From positions 21,749 through 85,748 of the forward strand of contig JAZQCG010000007.1 of the NCBI GenBank assembly GCA_045546155.1: a stretch of 64,000 nucleotides of DNA. The letters run 5' to 3'. The position numbers were made by a program, and so were the translations under genes. Under the pieces are notes generated by a model, which worked only from the letters and a program-made list of their open reading frames with translations, did no database searches and was not told where the DNA came from. The stretch's first letter is position 1, and each line of letters begins with the position of its first letter. This stretch comes from Candidatus Enterousia sp. Lineage in GTDB: Bacteria; Pseudomonadota; Alphaproteobacteria; Rs-D84. This document shows, one piece after another, positions 20,530 through 30,975 of the stretch.

Positions 20530-23500
20530 ATGGCTGAGGTTTTATTGTCGGAACGTTTAAATCAAGTTATTGATAGTTTGCACAACGCGCCAGATGAACA
20601 GGCACGTGTCGCTGCGTTTGATCAGGCGAACGAAATAATGCAAGGGTTCGTTTCTGGTGAACTGGAATTAGATCCAGGTGCGCTGGATACATTTGGTGAA
20701 TTTTTGGAAAATTTTGCCGGGATTACAGATGAAGTTGGTAACCAAACTTTGTCGGAATTGGGAACAAGGGCTTTGGCAAAATATGAAGCGCTTATCAATA
20801 ATCGCGAAGGCGAACATGGAAATGAAAGCCCCGAAGTCCAGATGGCCCAGAACAGAATCTATTCTTTGAATTCTGATGCAAACCAGATTGTGTTTGATCG
20901 CGTTTCATTTGTTACGCTGCAAAGTATGGGCCTGATTGATGCGAATATTAATCCAAATGATATGCGTGCCGATCAAATTTCCAACGCGATTGATGCGGTA
21001 AATTTAACCGATGAACAAAAGATTGAGTATGCATCGCGTTTCGTTGATGCGGTTATTGCGGATACGGCGTTGTTTGAAACTGTGCCGCCAAAAATATTAG
21101 CTGATGCTTATACTGCTACCCGCCGGGCATTGTTGTCCGCCACGGACGATGCGACCAAGCAGGCAAATCAAAGACGCTTTAATACATTGGCGTCACGTAT
21201 TGATTTCTTGATTGAAAATTTCAGTACCCAGCTTAATTATTGGTATGTTGATCCATCAAATTTGATGAGTTTGCGTGATGGCTATCAAAAGATGTTTGAT
21301 GTTCGTCAGCCTGATTTGCAGGATGCGCCAAATCAAAACGACAGAACCCGCGAATATAACAGACGCATCAATGGTATGATTGATAGTGGTCGTGCATCCT
21401 TGTTGGCTGCGATACATGAATATGAAGAATTGTATCATTTAACACAAATTAACCCAGAAAATGCCGAAGAACTAAAACAGCGTTGGATTGAATTGAAATC
21501 ACGTCTTGGGGAAATCGAAATTACCCCCGAAACAATGGCTGTTGCGGCAAAATATCATTTCTTGGACGAAGCGGGCAATCCGATACCACAGTTTTTGGAT
21601 GAAAATAATCAGCCGTCCTTGGAATTCACAGAAGGGTGCAAACTTGACCCCACGGGTCGCCTTGCCCAGGTTATAAATCTGTCGCGCAATGACGTTGTTA
21701 TGGAAAATGTTGCCGATTTGGAACATAGCGTTGCAGATATGGAACTGGACAAAATGCTGGACGAAGAAGTTCCATGGACGTTTTCTGAAATCAGTATCCC
21801 AGACCAAGTTGTCCAGGGCATTGTCCAAGACCCTAATAAAATGCGCGACGAAGCCGCGGTTCAAGAATTTTGGGATGGTATAAGAACTGATGGCGGCAGC
21901 ATATCTGATACAGGATACCAAGCGGCCTTGGATGCGCACGTAAATCATGCAATCGGATTTGCGCATGCGTTGGGTGAACGTGTTGGCACTGACCAAGATG
22001 TCGTTTATATGCCTGTTGAAGCGGTCGAAGAAATTGATAGATTAGCAACCACCCGTACCGAGGTCGAAGGGGCTGAAAATCGCAAACAAAAGATAGGCTT
22101 CTTTAAGCGCATGGCCAAGAATTTTGGTATGACATCGGTGGTTTCTGCGGGATTGACCTTTCTGGGTAAAGCCACTGGTGTTGCCTATATCGGTGCTGCG
22201 GTTGGTACGACAATTGGTGTCGGCAATATGATATACCAAGGGCTAAAGTGGCGCAAAGAACAAAAGAAAGCCGGCAAACCCCATGGAATCAAAGATTTCT
22301 TGTCTGATAAACGCAATTGGGGGCCGGCGGTTACCACCGGACTTGGAATTGCGGCGACAATCAGTATGGCAACCGGTAACCCAGAACTGGCAATGGGATT
22401 TGGCTTGGGGGCAATGACGGTTGGAACTGGAACAAGTGTCGCAATGACTTACAAAGATGCTGTGGCTGCGGGATATTCGCGTGGCCAGGCCCTTGCTGGT
22501 GCGATTGGTGTTGGTGCATCGGGTATATTGGGGGCGGCGTTCGGAAACACTGTAATGAACGGTATTGTTAATTATGTCAATAATAATACGGATTCGACCC
22601 TGTTCAAGCATCCTGAAACCGTTGAAACAACCCGAACAGAATATGAAACGCATACAGAACGTGTTTACGAAGATGGTGTAATTGAGCGTCACGAAAATAT
22701 GATGCTTAAAAACAACTGGGAAACACCTCAATCACTGGATGCGCGAATTGATGCATTAATGGATGCGGGGCTGTCGCGTGATGACTCGGTCCGGTATTTG
22801 GTCGCGTTCCATGATGCTACCGATCATAACTTGGGGCCGGGTTATTTTGATTCAATCGGCATGTCTGACAGTGGCCTGGCTGCATTACGTAATTCAATTA
22901 ATGGTACAGAAGTAAATCTGACCCCGGAAAGTATCGCGGCGTTCGAACATTTTAATCCGCATATTTCTGCCCAGAACCAGGTCGGATATATCCCAGGGGC
23001 CCCAGTCGACTATACATTGCCGCCTAATGCGGCATATGATGCCAACGGGGTTCTGGTGCATGGAAATGAATTATATACAACATACGCAAATCATGATGCG
23101 CCAATTTTCCATGATGTAACGTATCAAACGCCAATAACGATAACGGATACTGCGACCATATTTACCCCAAATGAATTAGCGTTCCCAGCGGGGATTGGTA
23201 CATTTGGTATATACGAGCCACGCGTTGTTCCGGCCGGCTATATACGCAGATTACGCGAACGCGCCGGCGCATTGGCGGATCGCATCACAGAAGTTCCAGA
23301 ACCAACCCCAGATCCAGTTCCAGATCCAGAACCCGATCCAGTTCCAGATCCAGAGCCCGATCCAGTTCCAGATCCAGAGCCTGATCCAGTTCCAGACCCA
23401 GAACCCGATCCAGTTCCGCCTGTGCCTGACCCAGGACCAGATGGGCCTGTTAATCCGCCAAAACCGCCAAGACCACAACCAGACAGCGACTTGATGGTTG

Positions 23501-24156
23501 ATATTAAATTAAATCAAAAGCCGCATCAGGCCAATGCTAATAACAACGTAGCGGTCAAGGTTGACGGGAAAATAGAAGAGGTCAAGGTATTTTCATCCGT
23601 TGATGGTAATACTATGAAGGTTACCATGATTGTACCGTATTCTATGGACATGGATAATGGCTACTATCAACCTGTTTACAAGACGTTCAGTGGTGATTTA
23701 AGACAGGTTACAGTCAAATCGCGTGCCACGGATGTCGGGATGCGTATAGATATGGTGTTCGATGGTGTGTCCATGCATGACAAGGGCCGTCACAAAATAT
23801 ACTTTAGGCACGTTCCCGAAGAAGGTCGTGAAGAGCATATCACGACACTGACGAAAAAGACACGCTTTAATCGCGCTAATGTCCTTGACCGCAATGCAGT
23901 GGAAGAGCCGAAGCCTGACAAACCGTCCAAAAAAGACGCGTTTAATCAGGGTGCTGCGACCCTAGAAGACATGCCACCGGCTGAATATGCACGCCTTAAA
24001 GAACAGCGGGCGAAAAAACCGGAAAATATTGCCGCGTGGGCAAACGCACGATCCGCGATTGAGGCATTAAATGCACAAACAGACCTGACCGAGCAGGAAA
24101 AAGCTGAACGTGCGGCACAAATCCTGGCGGCGGCACAACGCGCTGTAAATGGCTAG
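20530..24156 (+). CDS. 1208-aa membrane protein of unknown function with Gly-rich TM block and PDPE repeat
   Basis: Extended -10 (TGGTATAAT) upstream. About aa 530-690 are Gly/Ala-rich hydrophobic helices, and about aa 920-985 are (PDPEPDPV)n plus a Pro-rich stretch. I recognise no other domain. Confidence 0.6.
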   Translation: MAEVLLSERLNQVIDSLHNAPDEQARVAAFDQANEIMQGFVSGELELDPGALDTFGEFLENFAGITDEVGNQTLSELGTRALAKYEALINNREGEHGNESPEVQMAQNRIYSLNSDANQIVFDRVSFVTLQSMGLIDANINPNDMRADQISNAIDAVNLTDEQKIEYASRFVDAVIADTALFETVPPKILADAYTATRRALLSATDDATKQANQRRFNTLASRIDFLIENFSTQLNYWYVDPSNLMSLRDGYQKMFDVRQPDLQDAPNQNDRTREYNRRINGMIDSGRASLLAAIHEYEELYHLTQINPENAEELKQRWIELKSRLGEIEITPETMAVAAKYHFLDEAGNPIPQFLDENNQPSLEFTEGCKLDPTGRLAQVINLSRNDVVMENVADLEHSVADMELDKMLDEEVPWTFSEISIPDQVVQGIVQDPNKMRDEAAVQEFWDGIRTDGGSISDTGYQAALDAHVNHAIGFAHALGERVGTDQDVVYMPVEAVEEIDRLATTRTEVEGAENRKQKIGFFKRMAKNFGMTSVVSAGLTFLGKATGVAYIGAAVGTTIGVGNMIYQGLKWRKEQKKAGKPHGIKDFLSDKRNWGPAVTTGLGIAATISMATGNPELAMGFGLGAMTVGTGTSVAMTYKDAVAAGYSRGQALAGAIGVGASGILGAAFGNTVMNGIVNYVNNNTDSTLFKHPETVETTRTEYETHTERVYEDGVIERHENMMLKNNWETPQSLDARIDALMDAGLSRDDSVRYLVAFHDATDHNLGPGYFDSIGMSDSGLAALRNSINGTEVNLTPESIAAFEHFNPHISAQNQVGYIPGAPVDYTLPPNAAYDANGVLVHGNELYTTYANHDAPIFHDVTYQTPITITDTATIFTPNELAFPAGIGTFGIYEPRVVPAGYIRRLRERAGALADRITEVPEPTPDPVPDPEPDPVPDPEPDPVPDPEPDPVPDPEPDPVPPVPDPGPDGPVNPPKPPRPQPDSDLMVDIKLNQKPHQANANNNVAVKVDGKIEEVKVFSSVDGNTMKVTMIVPYSMDMDNGYYQPVYKTFSGDLRQVTVKSRATDVGMRIDMVFDGVSMHDKGRHKIYFRHVPEEGREEHITTLTKKTRFNRANVLDRNAVEEPKPDKPSKKDAFNQGAATLEDMPPAEYARLKEQRAKKPENIAAWANARSAIEALNAQTDLTEQEKAERAAQILAAAQRAVNG
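23311..23420 (+). repeat. about 4.5 copies of a 24-bp in-frame tandem repeat (PDPEPDPV)
   Basis: gatccagttccagatccaga(a/g)cc(c/t) repeated head to tail inside the 1208-aa ORF. Confidence 0.9.
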
Positions 24157-24163
24157 GTTAAAC

Positions 24164-24197
24164 AAAAAACGGATTCTTAAATGAATCCGTTTTTTTT
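24164..24197. terminator. bidirectional intrinsic terminator
   Basis: A-run, ACGGATTC-TTAAAT-GAATCCGT, T-run, between convergent genes. Confidence 0.8.
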
Positions 24198-24213
24198 ATT
24201 TAAATATTTATAC

Positions 24214-24564
24214 TTAGTGCACACGATTTGCCATTTTATTTAATTCGGCCTGCATTACCGCGCCACGTGTTGAATTGAAACGTGTAATCATTGTGCGGTT
24301 ATCTAATGCGTGTGCCAGTGCCGCCATACATTCTGCGCGATTAAATTCTGCAACAATTGTATTAAATGTTTTGTTTTTAATAATAACTTTGGATACAACT
24401 GTTTCTGATTTGTCTGCAAAAATGACTTCTGCTTTGAATTTGTCGCCAATGGAATAGTGCGCAGTACCCAGTCCATAGTCGCGTAAATTTTTTGTGCCAT
24501 CTTTTAATACATCAACACGATGAACAGGACTGTTGTTAATTAATGCTAAAAATTTATCTTTCAT
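24214..24564 (-). CDS. hypothetical protein (116 aa)
   Basis: Clean ORF with RBS AAAGGAAAA. No recognisable motif. Confidence 0.5.
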   Translation of the reverse strand: MKDKFLALINNSPVHRVDVLKDGTKNLRDYGLGTAHYSIGDKFKAEVIFADKSETVVSKVIIKNKTFNTIVAEFNRAECMAALAHALDNRTMITRFNSTRGAVMQAELNKMANRVH

Positions 24565-24762
24565 ATATTTTTCCTTTTACTTGCTTATTTCATCTTGGGA
24601 CAGGTATTTTAACGGTTTTATTTTATATGTCCACAAAAAGATTGTATTTGTATTATAGACAAACAGAGTGAAACGTCAATGGTCTTTTTACTTATTGCGA
24701 GATAAAATTTTTAGTGATATATTTTTACATGTCCAATAGAAAATAACTAAAAGGAAAATTTG

Positions 24763-25569
24763 ATGTTATTAAAGGGTAAAAAGATTTTAATTACTGGTGT
24801 TGCCAACGATTGGTCTATGGCGTGGGCAATTGCCAAGCGCGCACATGAAATGGGGGCTGAAATTGCGATGCCGTACGCAATGCCTGCATTGGAAAAACGC
24901 GTTCGTCCACTGGCGGAATCGATTGGTGCAAAATTTGTCCAAGAATGCAATGTTCAAAATGATGGGCAACTGGATGATTTGTTTACCAAGATAGAATCCG
25001 AGTGGGGGCATCTGGATGGAATGTTGCATGCGATTGCGTTTTCAGATAAAAATGAATTAACGGGTCGTTATGCCGACACAACACGCGATAATTTCAAGAA
25101 TACAATGGATATTTCTGTATATTCATTGGTTGATTTGACACGTCGCGCATCAAAATTGATGGACCAAGGTGGCTCTATTGTGACATTGACATACTATGGT
25201 GGGGAAAAGTCTGTGCCAAATTATAATGTGATGGGTGTTGCAAAGTCTGCCCTGGACAGCAGTGTTCGTTATCTGGCATCTGATTTGGGGCGCGATGGTA
25301 TTCGCGTTAACGCAATCAGCGCTGGTCCAATTATGACCCTGGCATCCAGTGGGGTGGGGGGCTTTAAGGCGATGTTGCGCTTGAACGCAGAACAAACCCC
25401 ATTGCGTCGAAATATGACATTGGATGATGTGTCTGGTGCGGCAATGTATTTGTTCAGTGATTTGTCTTCGGCTGTTACCGGCGAAGTGCATCACGTAGAT
25501 TGCGGTTATTCCACAACGGGCATGATGCCAAACGAAATGAAAGACATTTTGTTAAAGGGTTTGGAATAA
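24763..25569 (+). CDS. fabI: enoyl-ACP reductase (NADH), FabI
   Basis: LKGKKILITGVANDWSMAWAIAK, Y..NVMGVAKSALD (Tyr/Lys catalytic pair) and SAGPIMTLA. Confidence 0.9.
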   Translation: MLLKGKKILITGVANDWSMAWAIAKRAHEMGAEIAMPYAMPALEKRVRPLAESIGAKFVQECNVQNDGQLDDLFTKIESEWGHLDGMLHAIAFSDKNELTGRYADTTRDNFKNTMDISVYSLVDLTRRASKLMDQGGSIVTLTYYGGEKSVPNYNVMGVAKSALDSSVRYLASDLGRDGIRVNAISAGPIMTLASSGVGGFKAMLRLNAEQTPLRRNMTLDDVSGAAMYLFSDLSSAVTGEVHHVDCGYSTTGMMPNEMKDILLKGLE

Positions 25570-25726
25570 ACATATTTTCGTTATATAGACCCGCGCAAAA
25601 TTTTGTTTGCGTGGGGTCTTTTTTTGTGGGATGGATACCACTCTTTTTATTTTATCAAAAAAATAACATTTGTAAAGTATTCTGTGTTATAATTCCTAGC
25701 GCAAATGGAAAAAAGGAAAGCAAAAA

Positions 25727-26656
25727 ATGTTACTAGATTTGATTTTACTGGTATTTGGTTTTGTCTTGTTAATAAAAGGGGCGGACTATTTTGTTGATGG
25801 TGCATCCAGCCTGGCGACACGTATGTGTATCCCGCCAATTATTATCGGTCTGACGGTTGTCGCGATGGGGACCAGTGCCCCCGAAGCCGCGGTCAGTATT
25901 TCATCTGCCTTGCATGGTTCAAACGCCATTGCGATTGGGAATGCGTTGGGTTCAAACATTGCAAATATATTTTTGATTTTGGGTGTAACGGCAATGATAA
26001 CAACCCTGACGGTCCAGAAAAATACAGTTCGCTATGAAATCCCATTTGTTGGTTTTATAACATTGTTGTTGTGTTGGATGGGGGCACGGTATGGTATGAT
26101 TTCACGCGCTGGTGCGGGGTGCTTGTTGGGATTGTTTACTGCATTTTTAATCTATTTGTATTTTATATCGCGCAATACAGAATGTGAATTAGATACACCA
26201 AAAACATTAAGTCCTGCAAAAATATCATTGTTTATTGTGTTGGGGCTAATTGCCCTTGTCTGGGGCAGTAATTTGACCGTTGAATCTGCATGTGCATTGG
26301 CGCGTTATGTTGGTGTGTCTGAACGTGTTATTGGTCTGACAATCATTGCAATTGGAACTAGCCTGCCGGAATTAGTAACCAGTGTTATTGCCGCCCGCAA
26401 AGGTGAATCAGATATAGCCATTGGTAATATTGTGGGGTCTAATATCTTTAATATTTTATTTGTATTGGGGGTGGCTGGTGTAATTTTACCAATACCATTT
26501 AATCCTGCGTTCTTGTTCGATGGCGCGATTGCTGTAATGGCTGTGTTGTTATTGTTTATGTTCACAGCACGCACCAAGACATTAACACGCACCCGGGGAA
26601 TCTTTTTTGTATTGATATATATTGCATATTTGGTGTGGTTGATTCTGGATAAATAA
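25727..26656 (+). CDS. CaCA-family sodium/calcium exchanger membrane protein (YrbG-like)
   Basis: Two alpha-repeats, [10 protein letters not shown] and [10 protein letters not shown], with GSNIANI/GSNIFNI and about 10 TM segments. Confidence 0.85.
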   Translation: MLLDLILLVFGFVLLIKGADYFVDGASSLATRMCIPPIIIGLTVVAMGTSAPEAAVSISSALHGSNAIAIGNALGSNIANIFLILGVTAMITTLTVQKNTVRYEIPFVGFITLLLCWMGARYGMISRAGAGCLLGLFTAFLIYLYFISRNTECELDTPKTLSPAKISLFIVLGLIALVWGSNLTVESACALARYVGVSERVIGLTIIAIGTSLPELVTSVIAARKGESDIAIGNIVGSNIFNILFVLGVAGVILPIPFNPAFLFDGAIAVMAVLLLFMFTARTKTLTRTRGIFFVLIYIAYLVWLILDK

Positions 26657-26682
26657 AAATCGCCCCAGTTGGGGCGTTTTTT

Positions 26683-27921
26683 TTAATTGCACACTACAAC
26701 ATATGGCGGTTTGGATAATTCTGTATTTATCCCTGTTTCGCCACAGTCCCGACAATTAAACCGTCGATTTTGGGAATACCCAGCCCCCAATGGCACACGC
26801 ACATCATTAATACCAGATTGACTTACATATTCGCGATTTGGAAAACCAAAAAACAACGCGCGCGTTGGGCCACTGCATTCATCGGTGTTGCCGTTATAGC
26901 ATCGTGGGTCATCAATTTTTGTCGCATCCGGAACACAGTGCGCAACACATGTTTCTTCATCAATTACCATTTTTTCGCAATCTGTACATGATGTTTCTGG
27001 GGCGCGTAATGTTGTGCCCGCTGCGCCGAACGATGTGTTGTATCGAATATGTTCGCATTTTTTTATGGTCTGGATATTCGTTGGGTCGCCAATGCATTCC
27101 CACTCTAACGTATTGTAATTCAGTTGCGCAACCATATTTTTTGGACAGCTTTTTTCTGGGAACGGACTGATGCATTCCCAAACGCTGTCCACCATAACGG
27201 CGGTTTGGTTGTTTGCGCATAATGGCTTGCGTGATTCATCAGGGATGCATTCCATCAGGTCGGAATCCCATACCATATCCCCACCACAATTTGTTTTAGT
27301 GTTATATCCAGTACACTGCCAACGTCCAAAACGATAAACTTTGACTGTGCCGACGGGGCATACAATGTCTTCGGTAATATTGATGGCAAATTCAGTCAAC
27401 GTATCTGGGATTTCATATTGTGTCAGGTATACCAGCTGGCCGGGGGATAATTCCATTTCAGCTATAATAGATTTTGGTACAATACGTCTCGTACTTGTTC
27501 CGCCAGACATAATCACATTGTCATTAAATATACCAAATGTTCCAGCATCGCTAAATTCAGATTCCAGTATTTCCATCATAGCATTATGTTGTGTTGCATC
27601 AATTGGCGCAGTTGCCGTAACGATATAGCTAAATGCAGGCTTTTTATTTTTAACAATTTCGCATTTGGTTATTGCCAGTCTGTTGTCCAGGCACACATAT
27701 TGGCTTTTTATATCATTTTGTTGCACGCATATATCTTCGAACGACGTGCCTTTGATTTGGGCGTTGTGAACCGCTGCAGCGCATTGCGCAATCATCCGCA
27801 GGTCTGATTTTTCAACCGCGTACTGTGTTTCATGTTCAGGGATTTTTTGGCTTGGGCTGTCTATTATATAGTACCCCGCCATAAACAGAGCCACCAAAAT
27901 CATAATAAAAATATTCATCAT
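26683..27921 (-). CDS. membrane-anchored Cys-rich protein with repeated C-x(n)-W/L-E-C-I modules
   Basis: The start is placed at MMNIFIMILVALF (GGGAGA RBS), because the longer ORF would overlap lptE. The C-terminal half has more than 25 Cys, with repeats such as VWDSDLMECIP, SVWECISP and LEWECIGDP. Confidence 0.6.
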   Translation of the reverse strand: MMNIFIMILVALFMAGYYIIDSPSQKIPEHETQYAVEKSDLRMIAQCAAAVHNAQIKGTSFEDICVQQNDIKSQYVCLDNRLAITKCEIVKNKKPAFSYIVTATAPIDATQHNAMMEILESEFSDAGTFGIFNDNVIMSGGTSTRRIVPKSIIAEMELSPGQLVYLTQYEIPDTLTEFAINITEDIVCPVGTVKVYRFGRWQCTGYNTKTNCGGDMVWDSDLMECIPDESRKPLCANNQTAVMVDSVWECISPFPEKSCPKNMVAQLNYNTLEWECIGDPTNIQTIKKCEHIRYNTSFGAAGTTLRAPETSCTDCEKMVIDEETCVAHCVPDATKIDDPRCYNGNTDECSGPTRALFFGFPNREYVSQSGINDVRVPLGAGYSQNRRFNCRDCGETGINTELSKPPYVVVCN

Positions 27922-27985
27922 TCTCCCTTGCGATTTATCAAAAGTGTAGCTAATATAAGTATAAACTGCAACAGGAAGTTTGTTT

Positions 27986-28468
27986 ATGAAAAAAATAATT
28001 TTATCATTATTGTTGTTGGCGGGCTGTGGATTTACACCAATGTATGTTGGGCGTGATTCTGATATATATGTGTCGCCTATTCGTGGAATTAATGGAATTG
28101 AATTGCGCAATGCGCTAAATGCTAAATTTGGCGGTGTACATGATGAAAAAGCAAAATATACACTGACTGTTAATTTAAGTGAACCTGTTACCCAGTACAA
28201 AGCACTGGAACAAACTGGCGATGCCACCTGGCAGGAAATATCAATGTCTGCAACATATAAACTAACAGATACCATATCCGGTACGGTCTTGGCCACTGGC
28301 ACAGAACGTGCATCTGAATCATATACATTTGTGCGATACCTGGTGGCGTCTAATGCGTCATACAATAACGCGGTCAAGAATTCTTTGACGGTGCTGGCGG
28401 ATAAAATTGGAACGCGTGCCATTACGGCCACACATACATTAAATACAAAAGCATCTGATAAAAAATAA
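27986..28468 (+). CDS. lptE: LPS-assembly lipoprotein LptE
   Basis: Lipobox LLLAGCGF, about 160 aa, directly upstream of holA as in many proteobacteria. Confidence 0.7.
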   Translation: MKKIILSLLLLAGCGFTPMYVGRDSDIYVSPIRGINGIELRNALNAKFGGVHDEKAKYTLTVNLSEPVTQYKALEQTGDATWQEISMSATYKLTDTISGTVLATGTERASESYTFVRYLVASNASYNNAVKNSLTVLADKIGTRAITATHTLNTKASDKK

Positions 28469-29454
28469 TGAAATGGAAAGACGCTGATTTTAATTCTGGC
28501 TTGGAATCCGTTCGTGCGGTGTTGATATATGGCCCTGATGCCGGCCAGGTTGATGAATATTGTGACCGCGCAATTGCGAAATTAGGTATTGAAAAGGACA
28601 ATCTGTTTGCGCTGGATTCAGATGAATTGCGTGATAAACAAGATGCTCTTTTTGCAGAAAGCTGTACCCCATCAATGTTTGGTGGCCGCAAAATGGTTAT
28701 TATTTCAAATGCGGGTGATGCATCTGCGAAACAGGTTTCAGAATTAATTGATCATCCTGGTCTTTGCGCAACAGTTATTGTAACAGCCGGCGATTTGCGC
28801 AGTGGTGGTGGATTGCGTTCGTTGTTTGAAGGTGGGGAAAATCTTGGGGCGCTGGCGTGTTATACAGATGATGCGCGAACCCTTGAACCATTGATTCGAA
28901 ATGAATTGGCAGCGGCGGGGATTGGACGTATTCATCCCGATGCGATGGCGTATATGACGGCGCACCTGGGGGGGGATCGTGGAATTACCCGTGGTTTTTT
29001 AACCAAAATTGCGTTATATGTAAACGATAAAAAGACGGTCGATTTAGACGATGTAGAAAAATGTTTGCCTGATTCTGCGGCGGCGGACATGGACGATTTT
29101 CTGTATTCTTTGACGGCGGGACATATTGCCCAGACGATGACTGCATTGGATAGGTTATTATACGATAATGCCGAACCAAATATGCTGGTGCGTATGTTGG
29201 ATGGTCATTTCAAGAAATTATTGACAGCGGTTGTCGACGGGCAATTACCACGCCTGTTTTGGAAGGTCGCAGAAAAATTTAATAATGCGGTAAAAATTTG
29301 GCCTGCCTCTGAAATAACAAATGTTTTAATCCGTTTAAACGAATTGGAAAAGCAGTTACGTACCACCGGCATGCCAGGCGAGGTTTTATTACGTGATTTC
29401 GCGTTGAAGCTATCTGTGCGTGCGGCACGACTTGCAATAAAAAGAAGGAACTAA
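28468..29454 (+). CDS. holA: DNA polymerase III delta subunit
   Basis: TAATG coupling to lptE. 328 aa with VLIYGPD...E pattern. Confidence 0.75.
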   Translation: MKWKDADFNSGLESVRAVLIYGPDAGQVDEYCDRAIAKLGIEKDNLFALDSDELRDKQDALFAESCTPSMFGGRKMVIISNAGDASAKQVSELIDHPGLCATVIVTAGDLRSGGGLRSLFEGGENLGALACYTDDARTLEPLIRNELAAAGIGRIHPDAMAYMTAHLGGDRGITRGFLTKIALYVNDKKTVDLDDVEKCLPDSAAADMDDFLYSLTAGHIAQTMTALDRLLYDNAEPNMLVRMLDGHFKKLLTAVVDGQLPRLFWKVAEKFNNAVKIWPASEITNVLIRLNELEKQLRTTGMPGEVLLRDFALKLSVRAARLAIKRRN

Positions 29455-29458
29455 GAAA

Positions 29459-30220
29459 ATGTTAGCATCTGTTTATGCCCCAAAAGATTTCAAGCGCCTG
29501 CGTGTTGTTGGTGATTTAGTTGCGCGTTGTTTTGATTTTATTTCACCACATATCAAGGCTGGAATTTCCACCGGTGAAATTGATCGTATGGTTGCAACCT
29601 TTTTAAAAGAAAATGGTGCGCGTTCATCAGATCTCGGATACCAAGGCTATCCAAAAAATATATGCACATCGGTTAATGATGTTATTGTGCATGGCATCCC
29701 CAGCGATGATGTTATTTTAAAAGATGGCGATATAGTTAACGTTGACCTGACTGCAGAATTCAAGGGGTTTCACGGTGATGCATCACGTATGTTTATGATT
29801 GGCAATGTGTCACCCCAGGCGCGAAAACTGGTTACCGTATGCCAAGATGCGCTACATGCCGCTATTTCAATTTGTGCGCCGGGTGTGCCATTGTCTGAAA
29901 TTGGGCGCGTTATCGAAGAAGTTGTAACCCCACACGGCTTTTCTATTTCGCGTGATTTCGTTGGACATGGCATAGGCAAGGTAATGCATGATGATCCACA
30001 AATTTATCATTTTTATGACAAACGTTGGGACAAAGTAAAAATGGTCCCAGGTCTGGTATTCACAATCGAACCGATGATTAACACAGGTCGTCCCGAATGC
30101 AAGATTGACGATGATGGTTGGACGGCACGCACGGTTGATGGTGGTTTATCTGCCCAGTGGGAACATACAATCGGTATTACCGAAGATGGCGCGATAATAT
30201 TTACAGAAAAAATGATTTAG
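29459..30220 (+). CDS. map: type I methionine aminopeptidase
   Basis: Metal-ligand motifs VIVHGIP, DIVNVDL, GFHGD, VGHGIG, FTIEP and QWEHT. Confidence 0.95.
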   Translation: MLASVYAPKDFKRLRVVGDLVARCFDFISPHIKAGISTGEIDRMVATFLKENGARSSDLGYQGYPKNICTSVNDVIVHGIPSDDVILKDGDIVNVDLTAEFKGFHGDASRMFMIGNVSPQARKLVTVCQDALHAAISICAPGVPLSEIGRVIEEVVTPHGFSISRDFVGHGIGKVMHDDPQIYHFYDKRWDKVKMVPGLVFTIEPMINTGRPECKIDDDGWTARTVDGGLSAQWEHTIGITEDGAIIFTEKMI

Positions 30221-30228
30221 GGGACATT

Positions 30229-30975
30229 ATGGCAAAATCTGATCCATTAATGCGTGCTGGTCATCGCGAACGTCTGCGCAAAAAGTTCGAAGCAGGCAAG
30301 GCCAGTGATGACGACGAAATGGAATTGCTTTTGACATATATTATTCAGCGACGTGATGTTCGTGTCCCTGCCAGATTATTAATGAACAAATTTGGTTCTG
30401 CGTATAATACAATGCTTGCGAAAGCCGAAGATATTAAATCTGTACCCGGTGCAGGCGATGGTGTTGCGACGTTCTTCAAATTATTGCATAGCATTGTTGC
30501 AAAGGGTTATCGTGAACGCGACCGCAAAGAATCCCTTATTGTCAATTCAGCCCGAATGCATGAATATTGTCGCATGCATTTGGCAAACAAATCGACCGAA
30601 GAAATGCATGTTATGTATCTGGATAACTCAGGGCGACTGCTGCATTGTGAATTAAATGACATTGGAACGGTTAATCAATCAAATCTTTATCCTGATAAAA
30701 TACTAGCGCGTGCATTAATGACGGGCGCAACACGTATCGTGTTGTTTCATAATCATCCTGTTGGTGATTGTGCGGCCTCAGAAGCGGATATTAAAACAAC
30801 GCTGGATTTAGGTAAAATGTTATTACCGCACGGCATAATTATTCAAGATCATTTAATAATTGATGCGTTTGACATGATATACAGTATGCGTACCGCGCAT
30901 GCACTTGAGCCACTGGATATGCTGGCGGCACAAATGCGCCTAGAACAAATCACGAACGTCACAGACGTTGCTTAA
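30229..30975 (+). CDS. radC: RadC-family JAB-domain protein
   Basis: HRERLRKKF N-terminus and the JAMM motif LFHNHPVGDCAASEADI. Confidence 0.85.
   Translation: MAKSDPLMRAGHRERLRKKFEAGKASDDDEMELLLTYIIQRRDVRVPARLLMNKFGSAYNTMLAKAEDIKSVPGAGDGVATFFKLLHSIVAKGYRERDRKESLIVNSARMHEYCRMHLANKSTEEMHVMYLDNSGRLLHCELNDIGTVNQSNLYPDKILARALMTGATRIVLFHNHPVGDCAASEADIKTTLDLGKMLLPHGIIIQDHLIIDAFDMIYSMRTAHALEPLDMLAAQMRLEQITNVTDVA

Noticed and set aside
23311-23420. Tandem repeats as a CRISPR array (also the 59.2-59.6 kb repeats)
   Set aside because: The repeats are contiguous without spacers, in frame and inside long ORFs (PDPE and AKP protein repeats). No CRISPR-like repeat-spacer structure exists anywhere in the window.
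26683-28431. 582-aa minus-strand ORF extending across lptE
   Set aside because: Its first about 170 codons lie antisense to a well-supported lptE gene (lipobox, RBS, coupling to holA). An internal MM start with a GGGAGA RBS and an N-terminal TM gives a sensible 412-aa protein. The extension is treated as an artefact.
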